DNA of 64,000 nt from Candidatus Multivoradales bacterium (GTDB lineage Bacteria > Acidobacteriota > Thermoanaerobaculia > Multivoradales > JAHEKO01), in contig CBDCXM010000009.1 in the NCBI GenBank assembly GCA_965223855.1, forward strand, positions 672,001-736,000, written 5' to 3'. Each line of letters opens with the position of its first letter. The first letter of the stretch is position 1. Both the position numbers and the translations under genes were made by a program. The notes below the pieces were generated by a model. It was not told the origin of the DNA. It saw nothing but the letters and a program-made list of their open reading frames with translations, and did no database searches. Of this stretch, positions 1 to 9,531 are shown piece by piece.

Positions 1-1219
1 CCACCTTGGCGGCGTTCTCGGCCGTGCCGAGATCCGACACCACCAGCATGAACTCGTCGCCGCCGAGTCGCGCCACCGTATCGCCCGACCGGGTGCGGGT
101 CTCGAGCCTGCGACCGACTTCGCTCAGGAGCTGGTCGCCCACCACGTGGCCGAGGGTGTCGTTGATCGTCTTGAAACGATCGAGATCGATGAAGAAGACC
201 CCCAGCAGCTCGTCGCCCCGCGCCGCCGATCCGAGCGCCTGATCGAGGCGGTCGTAGAGCAGCGTCCGGTTCGGCAGGCCGGTCAATCCGTCCCGGTAGG
301 CGTGCAACCGGATGGCCTCTTCCGCCTTCTTCTGCTCGGTGACGTCGCGAAAGCTCCAGACCCGCCCCCCCTGATCGGTCGGCTGGGGCCGGGAATAGCG
401 CTCGAAGACACGCCCGTCGCGAAACTCGAGGATGTCGAAGCTCTCCGTCTCATGATCGGCGTAGAGCTCACGGACCTTGGACAGGAAGGACTCCGGATAG
501 ACGAGCTGCCCGAGCACATGCTGAATCGCCCGCTCGTCGTCGCGCGACTGCAGGATCTCGGGAGGGATCTTCCAAAGCTCGCGGAAGCGCTCGTTGAAAG
601 CGCTGATCCGTCCCTCCCCGTCGACCACGAGAATGCCGTCGGCGGTCGAGTCGAGGGTCGCCCGCAACAGCGCGAGGGAGCGCTCGAGCTCCCTCGACGC
701 CTCGACCTCCCGCGTCACGTTCCTGACGAGCGCCAGCAGTTGGCCGTCGTGCATCGGAACGATGCGCGCCTCCCAGGAGTGTTTCGCGCCGCCGATCGCA
801 AGGTCGTACTGCAGGCGAACCATCGTCTCGCCGTCGCGCGAGCGACGCAGGGCGTCCCGAAAGAGGCCGGCGACCCCTTCGTCGGGCACCGACTGGATCC
901 TGCGGCCGACGAGATCGGGAGCCGGCCTCATCAGATGGGCCTTCGGACTCCCCCGACACTCGACGATGCGACCGTCGGGCTCGAGCCGGAAGAACAGGTC
1001 GGGGAACGCCTGCAGGACCGCGCGGATCTGCGAGTTGGCCTCGAGCAGCTCCTCGGAGCTCAGATCGAAGGCTCGTTCGAGCATCGCCCTGTCGCCGTCG
1101 GCCTGGCGATAGGCGGAGTCGATCGAGTCGAGAAACGCCGCCCAGGCTTCCGGGATCTGGAAGTTGCGACCGAAGTGGCGGCGCAGTTGACGGGCCAGCA
1201 GTGCGTGGTGCGACTTCAC
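1..1219 (-). CDS. PAS-domain diguanylate cyclase (GGDEF), truncated by window edge
   Basis: Not in the ORF track (no stop in window). Translated manually from GTG at 1219: MKSHHALLARQLRRHFG...LERAFDLSSEELLEAN, a PAS-like segment, and DTVARLGGDEFMLVV near positions 40-90. Lies directly downstream of the FIST gene. Confidence 0.9.
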   Translation of the reverse strand, partial: MKSHHALLARQLRRHFGRNFQIPEAWAAFLDSIDSAYRQADGDRAMLERAFDLSSEELLEANSQIRAVLQAFPDLFFRLEPDGRIVECRGSPKAHLMRPAPDLVGRRIQSVPDEGVAGLFRDALRRSRDGETMVRLQYDLAIGGAKHSWEARIVPMHDGQLLALVRNVTREVEASRELERSLALLRATLDSTADGILVVDGEGRISAFNERFRELWKIPPEILQSRDDERAIQHVLGQLVYPESFLSKVRELYADHETESFDILEFRDGRVFERYSRPQPTDQGGRVWSFRDVTEQKKAEEAIRLHAYRDGLTGLPNRTLLYDRLDQALGSAARGDELLGVFFIDLDRFKTINDTLGHVVGDQLLSEVGRRLETRTRSGDTVARLGGDEFMLVVSDLGTAENAAKV

Positions 1220-1332
1220 CGGCGTCGGATCCCGCGGGCCGCGCCCGCCAGCGCGCCGAAGAGCGACGGAGTGGGGCAACCCGGTGGCTGGTACAACATG
1301 ACTTGACGGCCGGGGCTGAGGAGACGTCCCGG

Positions 1333-2469
1333 CTAGATCTCCCTCAGAGTCGTGATCGTCAGAGTCTGATTGTGGAGGTCGCAGGGCCCGGGCGCAAGAA
1401 GTGGCGAGATTTCGCCGTTCGAGTAGAAGCCGCAGAAGGCCGCCGACCCACCGATCACGTCGCGGGCGCTCTCGATCTCCTCTTCGACCCGCTGTTGCAG
1501 CACGAGCTTGCGGCCGATGCAACTGATGAGGATCGCGAGCTCGGCGGTATCGTCCCCTTCCAGGCGGGCCTTCCTCGCCGCCCCCACCGCGCCGTCGATC
1601 AGGCGGTCGAAGTTCGCCTTCATGAAGCGGGCGTACCCCCCCTGCGGAATGTTGCCGGCGAAGGTCATCGAGCCGCCTTCGTCGTCGATCGCGACGACGG
1701 TTCGCACGAGCGGCTCGCTCTCCCTCGAGGGCCGCACGCTCAGTGGAAAGAGGAGGCCGGAAGCAGGGAGCCGATCGGCGTAGTCGCCGAGGTAGCGCCT
1801 GTAGAGCTCCAGAGCGGAGCGACCGTCGAGCTCGAAGAGCTGGTTGCCTTCCGACGAGGTGACCAGCCGCTCCGGTCCGAAGGGATCCCAGCCGCCCAGC
1901 GACCCGAACCCGACGCTCAGGCGCGAGCCGTAGAAGCCGACCGCCGCCACCAGCCGGGTGCAGGCGCGGCCCTCGAACAGCACACGAGTTTCCTCCAGCC
2001 TGATGCCGTCGCTCGCGAGTCCGCCGGTGACGACGACCGACTCCGGCAACCGCTCGTTGAGCCCGCGCACCAGCTCAGAGCCGTTGATGTGGATGCCGTC
2101 GGAGAGCACCAGGACGTGCGTGAGGTCGGGCGACGCGAGCTGCTCGGCGAGTTCACGTCCGGCGAGGTGGCTGGTGGCGGGCTCGCAGATCGACGCGCTG
2201 GCGAGTCTCGCCTCGGTGTTCTCCAGGTAGATGGCCGAGACGACGAGGGTGTCGTCCCGAACCTGGTCACCGAGGATCTCGCCGGCGGTCGAGCAACCGA
2301 CGAGACTCTTCGAGCCGTAGACCCGCGCGAGCTCGTCGATGAGGTCGGAGCGCTCCAGCAGTCCTGTAGCACCGAACACGAGAGTCACGTCGGGGAGCCG
2401 CCCCTGGTGAGCGCAGGGCGGCGGGTTCCAGCCGCCATCCACCGACCAGCACGCTTGCATCACCTCCAT
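1333..2469 (-). CDS. FIST N/C-domain sensor protein (NosP-like)
   Basis: Motifs GCSTAGEI, VLSDGIHING, GGLASDG, GGWDPFGPER, ISCIGRK, GFYSNGEI. Start moved to ATG 2469, preceded by GAAGGGG. Confidence 0.9.
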   Translation of the reverse strand: MEVMQACWSVDGGWNPPPCAHQGRLPDVTLVFGATGLLERSDLIDELARVYGSKSLVGCSTAGEILGDQVRDDTLVVSAIYLENTEARLASASICEPATSHLAGRELAEQLASPDLTHVLVLSDGIHINGSELVRGLNERLPESVVVTGGLASDGIRLEETRVLFEGRACTRLVAAVGFYGSRLSVGFGSLGGWDPFGPERLVTSSEGNQLFELDGRSALELYRRYLGDYADRLPASGLLFPLSVRPSRESEPLVRTVVAIDDEGGSMTFAGNIPQGGYARFMKANFDRLIDGAVGAARKARLEGDDTAELAILISCIGRKLVLQQRVEEEIESARDVIGGSAAFCGFYSNGEISPLLAPGPCDLHNQTLTITTLREI

Positions 2470-2583
2470 CACAACCCCTTCCGTCGCAATCCGCCGAAAA
2501 AACGGAGTGTATTGTGGCGGAAAACGGCACTCGTCGGCAAAGAGCCTTTCGTGCAGGTGCAAACAGGGCGAGCGGCAACCATG

Positions 2584-2613
2584 AAAAAAGCGGAGGTCGA
2601 AACCTCCGCCTTT
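2584..2613 (-). terminator. Rho-independent terminator of rpsU
   Basis: Minus strand reads GCGGAGGT-TTCG-ACCTCCGC-TTTTTT, just after the rpsU stop. Confidence 0.85.
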
Positions 2614-2636
2614 CGGACTGCTCGTTGAGCCGGATC

Positions 2637-2846
2637 TCAGGCGAGACCCATGCGCCGTTCTTCCGCGAGCTTGCGCATCATCTTCTTACGAGCCTGCGCC
2701 GCCTTGCGCTTGCGCTTGATCGACGGCTTCTCGTAGTACTGACGCTTCTTGAGCTCCGTCAGAACCCCGGACTTCTCGCACTTGCGCTTGAAGCGCCGCA
2801 GGGCTCCCTCGAAGTTCTCGTCCTCGCGAATAAAGACTACCGGCAC
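2637..2846 (-). CDS. rpsU: 30S ribosomal protein S21
   Basis: 69 aa, [28 protein letters not shown] signature; GAGGTG SD upstream. Confidence 0.97.
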   Translation of the reverse strand: MPVVFIREDENFEGALRRFKRKCEKSGVLTELKKRQYYEKPSIKRKRKAAQARKKMMRKLAEERRMGLA

Positions 2847-2921
2847 GGAAACATCACCTCACTCTCGTCTGCCGTGATTTCCTACCTGTGAAGGAGGGCC
2901 GCCGGAATCGGCGGGACGCGT

Positions 2922-2950
2922 ATTGTCCCCACCGACTCCAGGGGTGTCAA
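2922..2950 (-). promoter_or_regulatory. sigma70-type promoter of rpsU
   Basis: TTGACA-17 nt-GACAAT on the minus strand, overlapping the upstream gene's stop codon. Confidence 0.65.
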
Positions 2951-3768
2951 GCGGCCTCTTCCTCCTCGGCCTTGCCTTCGACGGCTTCGAACTTCATCTG
3001 GTAGACCTTGGCCACGCCGTCGTCGTCCGGCCGGAACCAGACCGCCGCCGCCGCGCCGTTGTCCGCGGTCGGGTAGAACCAGGCGGTGACGCCGTTGTCG
3101 TCGTAGGTGCGGACGTTGTAGTGAAGGGGCGTACCGAGGGCGGCGCGGATCTCGGCCTCGGTCATGCCGTTCTGAGCGGCCTCGAACCGCTCCAGGCTCA
3201 TGAAACGCTCGGACTCGGCACTCGCCAGAGCCGCCTTGAGCGCATCGTTGTCGGGGTCGAGCACCAGCGCCTGGTTGTAGATCTGGATCGCCTTCTTGTA
3301 GTCGCCACCCTCGCTGATCCACTCCTTGGCGAGCTCCATGTCCTCGGTGCTCTTCATGCGGATCGCCGCGAGCTGGCGCTCGTTGATCGGTTCCCCTTCG
3401 ATCATCGGATCGGCGTTGAGAAAGCCGACGATGTTGGTACCGAACTGCTCCGCCATCGCGGCCACCTCTGCCTTGGCCTGCTCGACCTGGCCCGAAAGAT
3501 CCTCGCCGGCGGTCGCAGCGCCCTCTTCGCCCTCGGCGGTCGCCTCGTCCGTGCCCTCGGCGTCGGTCGCAGCGGCTGCGGCAGCCGCAGCCTGAGCGAC
3601 GAGGTCTGCGTACTCGGCACGCTTGGCGTCGAGCGCCGCCTTCTCGGCCTCCAGGGCCGCGAACTGCTCGTTGAGCGGATCGGCCGCCTCGCCACCGCAA
3701 GCGGCGAGCGAAAGCACCCCTGTCAGCGCCAGCGCCACGGCGACCAGCGTCTTCGCTTTGTCTCTCAT
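2947..3768 (-). CDS. Lipoprotein with TPR and C-terminal SmpA/BamE-like domain
   Basis: Lipobox LAAC; TPR-like GDYKKAIQIYNQALVLDPDN; GMTEAEIRAALGTP...AWFY is SmpA/OmlA-like. Confidence 0.7.
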   Translation of the reverse strand: MRDKAKTLVAVALALTGVLSLAACGGEAADPLNEQFAALEAEKAALDAKRAEYADLVAQAAAAAAAATDAEGTDEATAEGEEGAATAGEDLSGQVEQAKAEVAAMAEQFGTNIVGFLNADPMIEGEPINERQLAAIRMKSTEDMELAKEWISEGGDYKKAIQIYNQALVLDPDNDALKAALASAESERFMSLERFEAAQNGMTEAEIRAALGTPLHYNVRTYDDNGVTAWFYPTADNGAAAAVWFRPDDDGVAKVYQMKFEAVEGKAEEEEAA

Positions 3769-3896
3769 CGTCTTGCCTCCCTGGGAGCGTGCAAAGAGGC
3801 GTCAAACTACCACAGGGGTCGGAGACGACAAAACGCCGCGCCTTCGCGAGTTCGCCATAAACCCCTTGACTACAATGCTTTTCGCGTCCTGCTTCC

Positions 3897-3925
3897 TTGA
3901 CACACCCAGGGGGCTGCCTGATAAT
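3897..3925 (+). promoter_or_regulatory. sigma70-type promoter
   Basis: TTGACA-17 nt-GATAAT upstream of the gene at 3973. Confidence 0.65.
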
Positions 3926-3972
3926 CAACCGCCCCGAAACCGCCCGTGTGGCCTCCGGAGACGCTGCTCAAG

Positions 3973-5307
3973 ATGACTACGTTCGAGCCCAGCCCCGATC
4001 TCGATCCCGCCGTAGCCCAGGCGATTCAGGACGCGATGAGTGCTCTGCGTGCCGAGTTCCTCGGCGGCGGCGCGAAGAACGAGACGGATCGTATCGAACA
4101 GCTCGACGAAGCGGTCCGGGCGCTCGACCGCGCGGAAGGCCAGACCGAGCTGCTGGCAGCACTGCTCGAGGAGGCGGGGAGGTTCGCCGAACGATCGCTG
4201 TTCCTCGTTCGCGACGACCACCGCTTCACCGGCTGGGCCGCGTTCGGATTCGGTTCGAGCGACGACGAGGTCGCAGCGGTGGAGGTCAGCGGTGGCGCCT
4301 GGTCGCGACTGACGGACGATCGCGAGCCGGTCGATCTGTCGGCGGCCGACTGCGGGGAAGTCTGCGCGGCGCTCGGAGCGCGGCACGCCGAAGGCGGGCT
4401 CGCCGTGCCGTTCGAGTTGCGAGGCTCGACCGCCGGGGCTCTCTATGCCGACGGATCGACGATCGATCGTGCTGCTCTGCGCCTGCTCGTTTACATCGCC
4501 GCGCAGGCGCTCGAGACGTTGCCGGTGAGAAGGGGCGCTGCACCGGCCGCCCCTGCCGAGCGTGTGGCGGCACCGCCACCGGTCGAGCCCCCCACGCCCG
4601 CGGCCCCCGCCGCAGACGAGACGCCGGAGCCCGAGCCGACCCCCGAGCCGACCCCCGAGAAGCGCGTCCGCGACGAGGAGGTCGAGGACGCAATCGCCAG
4701 CGCCACCGAGAGGGTCGTCCCCGAGGAGACCACGAAGGCGCCCGAGCGGGACGATCTGGTGTCGATCCATCAGGACGTCACCCCGGAAGGCTTCGACACC
4801 GTGGTGGAGGACTTCACCACCTCCGAGGAGGTCGATCTCGATCAGGTGGTGACAGCCGAAATCGACGACCTCGAGGCCATCGACGAGCCCGAGGTGGATC
4901 CGGGCTTCGCCACCCAGGAGATCTCGACTCTCGAGGAGCCACCGCCGGAGCCGGAACCGAAAGCACCGAGCCGGTCGATCGAGCAGAGTGAGTTCGCGCC
5001 TCCCGCCGAGCTCGACGGTCCCGGCTGGGCGTTCGGCGACCGCAAGAACGAGGACGACGCCGGGCACGAGGAAGCGCGCCGTCTGGCGAGATTGCTGGTC
5101 ACCGAGATCAAGCTCTACAACGAAGAGAAGGTGCGCGAGGCGAGAGAGAGCGGCTCTCTGTACGAGGCTCTCAAGGAAGACATCGACCGCTCTCGCAGGA
5201 TCTACAGCGAGCGGATCGAAGAGACCGTCCGCGACTCGAGCGACTACTTCCAGGACGAGCTCGTCCGGATCCTCGCCGGCGGCGACGCGTCCGCTCTGGG
5301 CGCTTGA
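3973..5307 (+). CDS. Conserved hypothetical protein: GAF-like N-domain, acidic/Pro linker, C-terminal helical domain (RomX-like)
   Basis: GAF-like LAVPFELRGSTAGALYAD; PE-rich linker; C-terminal HEEARRLARLLVTEIKLYN...EDIDRSRRIY. Confidence 0.7.
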   Translation: MTTFEPSPDLDPAVAQAIQDAMSALRAEFLGGGAKNETDRIEQLDEAVRALDRAEGQTELLAALLEEAGRFAERSLFLVRDDHRFTGWAAFGFGSSDDEVAAVEVSGGAWSRLTDDREPVDLSAADCGEVCAALGARHAEGGLAVPFELRGSTAGALYADGSTIDRAALRLLVYIAAQALETLPVRRGAAPAAPAERVAAPPPVEPPTPAAPAADETPEPEPTPEPTPEKRVRDEEVEDAIASATERVVPEETTKAPERDDLVSIHQDVTPEGFDTVVEDFTTSEEVDLDQVVTAEIDDLEAIDEPEVDPGFATQEISTLEEPPPEPEPKAPSRSIEQSEFAPPAELDGPGWAFGDRKNEDDAGHEEARRLARLLVTEIKLYNEEKVREARESGSLYEALKEDIDRSRRIYSERIEETVRDSSDYFQDELVRILAGGDASALGA

Positions 5308-7547
5308 CGCGCGCGGCGGCCGGCCTCGCGCTCGCCGTCGCCCTGACGGCCATCGCCCTTGCCGGAAGCGAGGGCACCGCGGGTGCTCTCGCTCCGACGA
5401 CGACGGCGTCAACGGCTACCGCATCTCATCGGCCGCTCGCCACGGGCCCGGCACTGCCGACCGCGGTCGCCGAAGGCTGGCCGCTCGAGAGCCTCTCGGC
5501 CGCAGCGGCAGCCTTCCGGGAAGGAGGGCCGGGGGCGGCGCGACGCATCCTCGGCGACGGTTCCGATCGCGGGCACCGCGCCTTGCTGCTCGGGCTCTAC
5601 GCCTGGTCGGCCGGCGAACCGACGACGGCGGCCTCGCTGCTCGAGCACGGTCGTGACCCTACCGGGCTGCTCGAGGACTGGCGACTCCACGCACTGGCAG
5701 AAGCGCTCGCCGAAACCGGCGCCCACGAGCGATCGCTCGCAGAACTCGAGCGCCTTCTGGCGGCCCACGCCGACTCCCCCCTGCACGCCGAGAGCCATCG
5801 CCGCCGCCTCGAGACGACCTACCGCTCGGGGGACTGGCTCGGAGCGCTGCGCGGCATCGAGGCGGCTCGGCAGCTCGGCCTTCACGATGACCTGGCACCG
5901 CGACTCGACCTGCTGGAATGGGAGATCGCCGAGGCGCGCGAGCTTCCCGACCTGCAGCGCGAGACGGCGCGGCACCTGCTCGTCCACCATCCGCTCGAGG
6001 CGTCCGAGCTTCGAGCCGTGGAGTTGTTCCGGCGCCCGGACGGCGAGGTGCCGTGGGAACAATTCCTGAGCGACGCCGACCTCGTCGAACGAGCCCGTCA
6101 ACTGCTGCGCAGCGGTGTCGCTTCCGCTGCCTTGCCGGCGCTCGAGGCGGTGCCCGAGGTCCGTCGCGACCTCGACTGGTTCCTGCTCGAGGCCGAGGCG
6201 CTGACCCTCGAACGCAGGGGAGCCGACGCGCTCGCCGCCCTGGCTCGCCGCCCATCGACGCCGCACGATCGATTGACCCAGATCCGGCAGGCGAGGGCCG
6301 CTGCGGCGCTCGAAGCGGCGACCGTGCGACGGGGGAGGGCAAACGCCGACGCCGAGCAGCGCTCACGCTGGCGCGATGCCGCCTGGCAGGATCTGTGGCG
6401 CATCGCCCTCGACGCCGAGGACAGCGGGGACCGTATCGCTGCGCTGCGCCGTCTCTACCGTCTTGCCGACCTCGAAGAGAACTTCGAGCTCGCCGTCGAC
6501 GTGCTGCGCCGCCTGAGAATCGAGGACCCGGAGGAGATCACCGGTTATCGCGACCTGTGGAAGCTCGGCTGGCGCGCCTTCCGCGAGGACGACCTGACGG
6601 TGGCGATCGGCATCTGGCGGGAGCTTCAGAACCTCTATCCCGAGGTGTCGACGGCCCGTCAGGCGCTCTACTGGTCGGCGGTCGCCCATCAGGGGCTCGG
6701 CGACACCGACCGCTCGCGACGCCTGCTCGCTCAGGTCGTGTCTGCCGACACGTTCGACTTCTACTCCCGGCACGCCGCTCGCCGGCTCGGCAGCGCCCCT
6801 CGCCGCGGACGGCCGCTGCCGGTCTCCGAGCCGTGGCCGTCCTCCGGTCTCCTCGCCCGCACCGCTCTGCTGAGCGAGCTCGGCCTGGACACTGCGGCGG
6901 CCTACGAACTCGAGCTTCTGCGGGAGCGGGCCGAGCCGCGGGCGGTCGAGGCTCTCGACGCTCTGATCCTCGCGCGGCGCGGCAACCGCCGCGACAGCGT
7001 GCAGGCTGCCTGGCGAGCCTTCAAGCGACTCGGCAAGCCGGGGCAGACCGCCGTACCGAGGTCGATGCGCGAGCTCTACTACCCGCTCGAGTACGAGGCG
7101 TCGATCTCGCGCTGGGCGAAGGAGCGCGGGCTCGACCCCGAGCTGGTGTTCGCCATCGTGCGCCAGGAAAGCGCGTTCGATGCAGCAGCGGTCAGTCGGG
7201 CGGGAGCTCGCGGGTTGATGCAGCTCATGCCCGCGACCGGTCGCGAGCTCGCCGGCAAGCTCGGCCTCTCGTACTCGACGACGCGTCTGCTCGATCCCGA
7301 GTACAGCGTGCGGCTCGGAACCCGCTACTTCGCTCAGGTACTCGCGATGTTCGACGGTGACGTCGAGCTGGCGCTCGCCGGCTACAACGGCGGCCCCTAC
7401 CGGATCCGTCGCTGGTGGCGGGAAGCGGGACCGGACCACGGTGTCGACCGCTTCGTCGAAGGTCTCGCCCTTGCGGAGACGACGAGCTACGTCAAGAGGA
7501 TCGTCAGCCTCCGCGACAGCTACGAAGCGCTCTACGGAGCGGGCTGA
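5304..7547 (+). CDS. Soluble lytic murein transglycosylase (Slt70-like, TPR + SLT domain)
   Basis: IVRQESAF, GARGLMQLMPAT, ALAGYNGGP, ETTSYV motifs; signal peptide; TTG start overlaps the previous stop. Confidence 0.9.
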   Translation: MTRAAAGLALAVALTAIALAGSEGTAGALAPTTTASTATASHRPLATGPALPTAVAEGWPLESLSAAAAAFREGGPGAARRILGDGSDRGHRALLLGLYAWSAGEPTTAASLLEHGRDPTGLLEDWRLHALAEALAETGAHERSLAELERLLAAHADSPLHAESHRRRLETTYRSGDWLGALRGIEAARQLGLHDDLAPRLDLLEWEIAEARELPDLQRETARHLLVHHPLEASELRAVELFRRPDGEVPWEQFLSDADLVERARQLLRSGVASAALPALEAVPEVRRDLDWFLLEAEALTLERRGADALAALARRPSTPHDRLTQIRQARAAAALEAATVRRGRANADAEQRSRWRDAAWQDLWRIALDAEDSGDRIAALRRLYRLADLEENFELAVDVLRRLRIEDPEEITGYRDLWKLGWRAFREDDLTVAIGIWRELQNLYPEVSTARQALYWSAVAHQGLGDTDRSRRLLAQVVSADTFDFYSRHAARRLGSAPRRGRPLPVSEPWPSSGLLARTALLSELGLDTAAAYELELLRERAEPRAVEALDALILARRGNRRDSVQAAWRAFKRLGKPGQTAVPRSMRELYYPLEYEASISRWAKERGLDPELVFAIVRQESAFDAAAVSRAGARGLMQLMPATGRELAGKLGLSYSTTRLLDPEYSVRLGTRYFAQVLAMFDGDVELALAGYNGGPYRIRRWWREAGPDHGVDRFVEGLALAETTSYVKRIVSLRDSYEALYGAG

Positions 7548-7656
7548 CCCAGTCCCCATAGAACCGGTATACTTCAAGGCTATTTCGGAGGCCCGGCGAA
7601 GCAATCAGGCCGGGTGCCGGGGGCGGGCCGGCGCGACGCTGGAATCCGCGGTACAC

Positions 7657-7729
7657 GGGTCCATAGCTCAGCGGTTAGAGCATCCGGCTCATAACCGGCA
7701 GGTCCCTGGTTCGAATCCAGGTGGACCCA
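7657..7729 (+). tRNA. tRNA with CAT anticodon, most likely tRNA-Ile2 (lysidine-modified); CCA not encoded
   Basis: GGGTCCA/TGGACCC acceptor stem, TAGCTCAG D-arm, CCGG-CTCATAA-CCGG anticodon arm, GGTTCGAATCC T-arm. Lacks initiator features; Ile2 versus elongator Met is inferred. Confidence 0.92.
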
Positions 7730-7742
7730 CATAGGAGAGTCG

Positions 7743-8501
7743 ATGTCGGCGAGTTCAACGACCACAACGATTGACGTCATTGTCGAGCTGCAGGAGACCC
7801 ACGACGAGCTGACCGCGGCGGAAGCGCTGCTCGGCGGGATCCCCGACTGGATGCAGGAGCTGCATGCCGAGTACTCCGAGCGGCGCGCCGCGATCGACTC
7901 GATTCAGGAGGGCATCGACCAGGCGGCCTCCGACCGCAGGACCGCCGAGGCCGAGATCGCCGACGCGCAGGAGAAGCTGGCGCACTACCAGGACCAGATC
8001 GGCCGGGTGCGCAATCAGCGTGAGTACAGCGCCCTTCTGCAGGAGATCGACATCGTCAAGCAGGCGATCCAGACGCACGACGAGAGCAGTCTGGAAGCGC
8101 TCGAGCGGCACGAGGCCGAGACCGGCCGTCTGGAAGAGGAACGGCAGGCGTTCGCGGATCTCGAGGAGCGCTACAACGGCGAGCTCGCCAAGTGGGAGGC
8201 GCAGAAGCCCGACGTCGCCGCCAACGCTGCGAGCCTCAAGGCAAAGATCGACGAGTTGCGGGAACAGCTCGAGCCCGGCGATCTCAGGGCTTTCGACGTC
8301 AACTACGAGCGGTTCGGCGGCGCCGCCCTCGCCCGGATTCAGCTGGTGCAACGACCCGGCAAGGGCCCTCAGATGTGGCACTGCAGCAACTGCAACTATC
8401 GGGTTCTGCCGCAGGCGCTCGTCGAGGTGCGCAATCACGGGTCCGTCGTGCTCTGCGACAGTTGTAAGCGCATTCTCCACTTCGTCGAGAGCGACGACTG
8501 A
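7743..8501 (+). CDS. Coiled-coil protein with C-terminal C4 zinc ribbon (DUF164/HP0958-like)
   Basis: Long coiled coil, RNQREYSALLQEI, then CSNC...CDSCKRIL; AGGAG SD right after the tRNA. Confidence 0.85.
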   Translation: MSASSTTTTIDVIVELQETHDELTAAEALLGGIPDWMQELHAEYSERRAAIDSIQEGIDQAASDRRTAEAEIADAQEKLAHYQDQIGRVRNQREYSALLQEIDIVKQAIQTHDESSLEALERHEAETGRLEEERQAFADLEERYNGELAKWEAQKPDVAANAASLKAKIDELREQLEPGDLRAFDVNYERFGGAALARIQLVQRPGKGPQMWHCSNCNYRVLPQALVEVRNHGSVVLCDSCKRILHFVESDD

Positions 8502-8530
8502 GGAAGCTCCGCGTCCGGCGGAGACGACCC

Positions 8531-9244
8531 TTGACCGACCCGCACGGCGTCGCCTCACGGCTGGCGGCGGTCGAGGAGCGGATCTCGGACGCCTGCCTCG
8601 AAGCAGGGCGGCCGCGCGGCGGTGTCACCCTGATCGGCGCCAGCAAGGTGCACCCTCCGGAGGTGCTGGCAGCCGCCTACGATGCCGGTCTGCGCACCTT
8701 CGGCGAGAACCGCGTGCAGGAGGGGCTCGAGAAGGCGCCGCAGCTGCCGGACGACATCGACTGGCATCTGATCGGACCGCTCCAGTCGAACAAGGTGCGC
8801 AAGGCGGTGACGCTCTTCTCGACGATCCACTCGATCGACCGCCTCAAGATCGCCCGCGCCATCGATCGCGTCGCCGCCGAGAGCGGCGCCAGGAGGACCG
8901 GCCTGATCGAGGTCAACGTCGGCGGCGAAGCGAGCAAGCACGGCTTCGATCCGGGGACTCTCGCGCGCGATCTCGAAGAGCTGGTGAGGCTCGAAGCGCT
9001 CGACATCGCCGGCCTGATGACGATCCCCCCGTTCGGCGGCACCGCTGAGGCGTCGCGCCCCTGGTTCGAGCGGCTGCGCACCCTCGCAGAGGAGATCGGC
9101 GGCCTCGGACTGCCCGGTTGGCGAGGCTGGCTGTCGATGGGGATGAGTCACGACCTCGAAGTCGCGATCGAGTGCGGCGCCACCCATGTGAGGGTCGGCA
9201 CCGATCTCTTCGGGCCACGACCGCCCCGTGGAGCGCCTCGATGA
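8531..9244 (+). CDS. yggS: Pyridoxal phosphate homeostasis protein (YggS/PROSC)
   Basis: FGENRVQE, WHLIGPLQSNK, GLMTIPP, LSMGMSHD, GATHVRVGT. Confidence 0.95.
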   Translation: MTDPHGVASRLAAVEERISDACLEAGRPRGGVTLIGASKVHPPEVLAAAYDAGLRTFGENRVQEGLEKAPQLPDDIDWHLIGPLQSNKVRKAVTLFSTIHSIDRLKIARAIDRVAAESGARRTGLIEVNVGGEASKHGFDPGTLARDLEELVRLEALDIAGLMTIPPFGGTAEASRPWFERLRTLAEEIGGLGLPGWRGWLSMGMSHDLEVAIECGATHVRVGTDLFGPRPPRGAPR

Positions 9245-9531
9245 GCGCGACCGGCAGAGCCGCATCGATGGCGCGCCACGCGCCTCACTACCGATCCGAG
9301 CTCCTCGAGCAGGACGAGTGGGCATCGTGGCGCGTAGCGACCCTGCTCGAGGACGGCGATCGTCGCGAGTTGCGCGCGCTCGTCGAGGACGTCGGAGCGA
9401 AGCGGCTGAGGCAGTGGCTCGTCGAACGAGGCGCGCGGCAGCTGTCGCGTCGCAGCCTCGCCTTCTGGGCGCTCGTTCTCGATGCGAAAGTGACGGCGAC
9501 CTCCGGACGGGACGAGCTGTGGCCGCTGTGA
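9241..9531 (+). CDS. Small DUF6922-like protein (putative antitoxin partner)
   Basis: ATGA overlap with yggS; VATLLEDGD...RQLSRRSLAFW pattern recalls DUF6922; coupled to the downstream nucleotidyltransferase. Confidence 0.55.
   Translation: MSATGRAASMARHAPHYRSELLEQDEWASWRVATLLEDGDRRELRALVEDVGAKRLRQWLVERGARQLSRRSLAFWALVLDAKVTATSGRDELWPL

Noticed and set aside
146-1306. 386-aa plus-strand ORF
   Set aside because: Antisense shadow of the minus-strand PAS-GGDEF gene, which carries the real motifs.
7657-7729. Initiator tRNA-fMet
   Set aside because: Has a paired G1-C72 and lacks the three consecutive G-C pairs in the anticodon stem.
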